From Desulfobacterales bacterium (lineage in GTDB: Bacteria > Desulfobacterota > Desulfobacteria > Desulfobacterales > UBA2245): a stretch of 20,000 nt of DNA. This document shows, piece by piece, positions 17,936 to 20,000 of this stretch. The notes below the pieces were generated by a model. It was not told the origin of the DNA and searched no databases. It saw nothing but the letters and a program-made list of their open reading frames with translations. The translations under genes and the position numbers were made by a program. Every line of letters starts with the position of its first letter. Positions within the stretch are counted from its first letter, which is position 1. The DNA is taken from the NCBI GenBank assembly GCA_040771865.1, contig JAXGZF010000010.1, positions 111,013 through 131,012 on the forward strand, read 5' to 3'.

Positions 17936-18421
17936 TCACGATGTTTTTTTGACCCAGTACGACTGTTTATGGCCTTTTGACTCGAATTCCCGGACGAGTT
18001 GGAAAGCCTCGGTTTCCACAAGCCGGTCCTTTACCAGAAAGACGTTTCCATGCTCATCCTGACGCCAGACCGAATATCCGGTTTCAGAGGTCTCTTTTTC
18101 AAGATCCTCACGCCGGCCGTTCGGATCCGTTTCACATTCATCCATAATGGCAACCGCGCGCGACCTCGTGGATTGCTCGCGTAAATGCTCAATCCGGCGA
18201 TATTCCTCGGAGCCGAAGCACCCCTGCATCTGCGCCTTGCTTTCGAATCGAATCAGAATCATCCGTTGAGGCTTCCAATCTCCTGAAACAGGGATCATGC
18301 GGCTGGAACGAAAGACATATTCGCCGCCGAATTTCCGAATGATCCCGAATGCCCTGTCGACGTAATCCTGATACTTTCCGGGATCAAGCACCTCGATTTC
18401 CGCTAGAAAATAAACAGGCAT
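17936..18421 (-). CDS. DUF1330-family protein fused to a small C-terminal domain
   Basis: Residues 1 to about 95 are DUF1330-like (YFLAEIEVLDP..YQDY...FGGEY...GDWKPQR..LIRFES...SEEY). After a charged linker comes VWRQDEHGN...GHKQSYWV. GGAG RBS. Confidence 0.75.
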   Translation of the reverse strand: MPVYFLAEIEVLDPGKYQDYVDRAFGIIRKFGGEYVFRSSRMIPVSGDWKPQRMILIRFESKAQMQGCFGSEEYRRIEHLREQSTRSRAVAIMDECETDPNGRREDLEKETSETGYSVWRQDEHGNVFLVKDRLVETEAFQLVREFESKGHKQSYWVKKTS

Positions 18422-18724
18422 CTTCTTCTCCCTTCACAACGAACCCAAAGTTGAATTTTGAATTCGCCCTGGTCGCAACGGCATGAATCCTTCGTCAGCA
18501 GCGAATGCCGGGAACCTGCGCCGATCCATAACGGGCTGCCGGCAGTTTTCCTGACTATAGTGAAAATGCCGGCGATGGTCAAACATTGCCAGCGGAAATA
18601 AAAAAGGTTCATATTTTCGTTGCAAAGCCGTAGACGGCATGGTTTTACAATCAGAGCGCAACTCTGTTGCACAATATGCCGGTGCGGCGCCACATTATGA
18701 ATGATGATCCCAGGGGCGTGTTCC

Positions 18725-19909
18725 ATGCAGAAAGTGATATTTCTGGTCGACATGAATGCATTTTTTATCAGCTGCGAAATGACGAGAAATCATTCTCTTG
18801 CCGGAAGACCGGCCGCGGTCGCGGGCGACCCCAAGAAGCGCACCGGCATCATACTGGCGGCAAACTATGAGGCAAGGTCATACGGGGTCAAAACCGCCAT
18901 GGTGATTCATGAGGCTTTGAAGCTGTGCCCCAAGATCCTCCTGACGCCGCCGGATCATCGCTTCTATGAAGAGAAATCCCGGGAGGTGATGGAACTGCTG
19001 TCGCATTACACGCCGGTTCTGGAACAGAACAGCATCGATGAGGCCTGGCTGGACATGACGGGATGCGAGGGACTTTTCGGCAAACCCGTGGAGGCCGCGA
19101 AACGCATCATGGATGAAATTCGAAACCGTCTCGGGCTCTGGTGCTCGATTGGAATTGCCGAAAACAAGTTCCTGGCAAAAATGGCGTCGGAAATGAAGAA
19201 GCCCCTCGGCATCACCGAACTGTGGAAGCGCGATATTCCCATCAAACTCTGGCCCCTGCCGGTAAAAGACATGTACGGCATCGGCGGCAAAACCGCTGAA
19301 AAACTCAACCGAATGGGAATACGGACGATCGGCGAGCTTGCCGGGTTCGATATCGGCCGTCTTGTCAAAACGCTCGGGAAAAGCGGAAACGAGATCCATC
19401 AGCGCGCAAACGGAACGGACCCCTCCCCTGTTCAGGCCCGCATGCCGGACGACATCAGGTCGATCGGACGCTTTAAAACGCTGCCGGAAGACATATTCGA
19501 CATCGGGAAGGCAAAAACGGTTCTCATGGAGCTTGCCGATGACGTCGGCATGAGAGCGAGAAGGCGCGGCAAAAAAGGCCGCACGGTGCATATCACTCTC
19601 AAATATTCCGATTTCCGGGTGATTACAAGACAGGCAACCATTCCGGCAACCTGCGCCACTCGGGATATATATCAGGCCGGATGCGGTCTGCTGGAGCGGA
19701 ACTGGAACCGGCTCGATCCAGTAAGGTTAATCGGAATCAGCCTTTCGGGATTTCGTGAAGGCTCCTCACCCGAGCAGCTGTCGCTTTTTGATTCCATGGA
19801 CGAAAAGGCAAAGAACGAAAAGAACGAACGAATCGAAGAAGCCATGGACAAAATCAGAAACAAACATGGCGCTGAAACGATCACCTATGCCGCATTGATG
19901 AAGAAATAG
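18725..19909 (+). CDS. dinB: DNA polymerase IV (Y-family)
   Basis: VDMNAFF, AANYEAR..GV, SIDEAWLD, KFLAKMASEMKKP, GIG.KT, VRLIGI, clamp-binding QLSLF. ATG 18725 chosen over 18701. Confidence 0.95.
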   Translation: MQKVIFLVDMNAFFISCEMTRNHSLAGRPAAVAGDPKKRTGIILAANYEARSYGVKTAMVIHEALKLCPKILLTPPDHRFYEEKSREVMELLSHYTPVLEQNSIDEAWLDMTGCEGLFGKPVEAAKRIMDEIRNRLGLWCSIGIAENKFLAKMASEMKKPLGITELWKRDIPIKLWPLPVKDMYGIGGKTAEKLNRMGIRTIGELAGFDIGRLVKTLGKSGNEIHQRANGTDPSPVQARMPDDIRSIGRFKTLPEDIFDIGKAKTVLMELADDVGMRARRRGKKGRTVHITLKYSDFRVITRQATIPATCATRDIYQAGCGLLERNWNRLDPVRLIGISLSGFREGSSPEQLSLFDSMDEKAKNEKNERIEEAMDKIRNKHGAETITYAALMKK

Positions 19910-19945
19910 CCGGCAGCGCGTATTTTTACATGTCTGTTTCGTTAA

Positions 19946-20000
19946 CAGGCTGTTGAAAAACCGCGCCTGAGGCCGCCATTCAGCGTTGCGCGGCTCTCGC
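19946..20000. repeat. Left end of a second MITE/IS-like element, truncated by the window edge
   Basis: CAGGCTGTTGAAAAAC (19946-19961) is 15/16 identical to the left end at 10649-10664. It lies 36 bp after the dinB stop and is preceded by TTAA. Confidence 0.55.

Noticed and set aside
18422..18724. LexA/SOS box or small ORFs upstream of dinB
   Set aside because: No match found to CTGT-N8-ACAG, GAAC-N4-GTTC or the Geobacter-type box; the ORFs have no recognisable features.

Overview
Chromosomal window from an anaerobic bacterium; gene content suggests Desulfobacterota (inference). From left to right: (1) the 3' part of an ORP-like Fe-S cluster (two MinD-type ATPases with 2x[4Fe-4S] ferredoxin inserts, a NifX/NifB-family protein, a NifU/IscU-like scaffold); (2) a small orphan protein with a tandem KPW-x3-G[IM]SR motif; (3) a soluble REC-PAS(x4)-HisKA_3 kinase; (4) a minus-strand cluster of three exported paralogous multiheme c-type cytochromes (12, 20 and 12 CxxCH motifs, 44 in total, built from tetraheme modules) followed by a membrane-anchored Sel1-repeat protein with a CxxC motif; (5) a 136-bp MITE-like element; (6) a housekeeping run of YqeY, acetolactate decarboxylase with a signal peptide, recX, an internally deleted TIGR00266/AIM24 pseudogene, leuB, tatD, a metallophosphoesterase, gabD, a DUF1330 fusion protein and dinB, ending at a second copy of the MITE terminal repeat. 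The best candidate for an undescribed system is the modular 12/20/12-heme cytochrome plus Sel1-CxxC cluster. All family calls come from motif recognition, not database searches.
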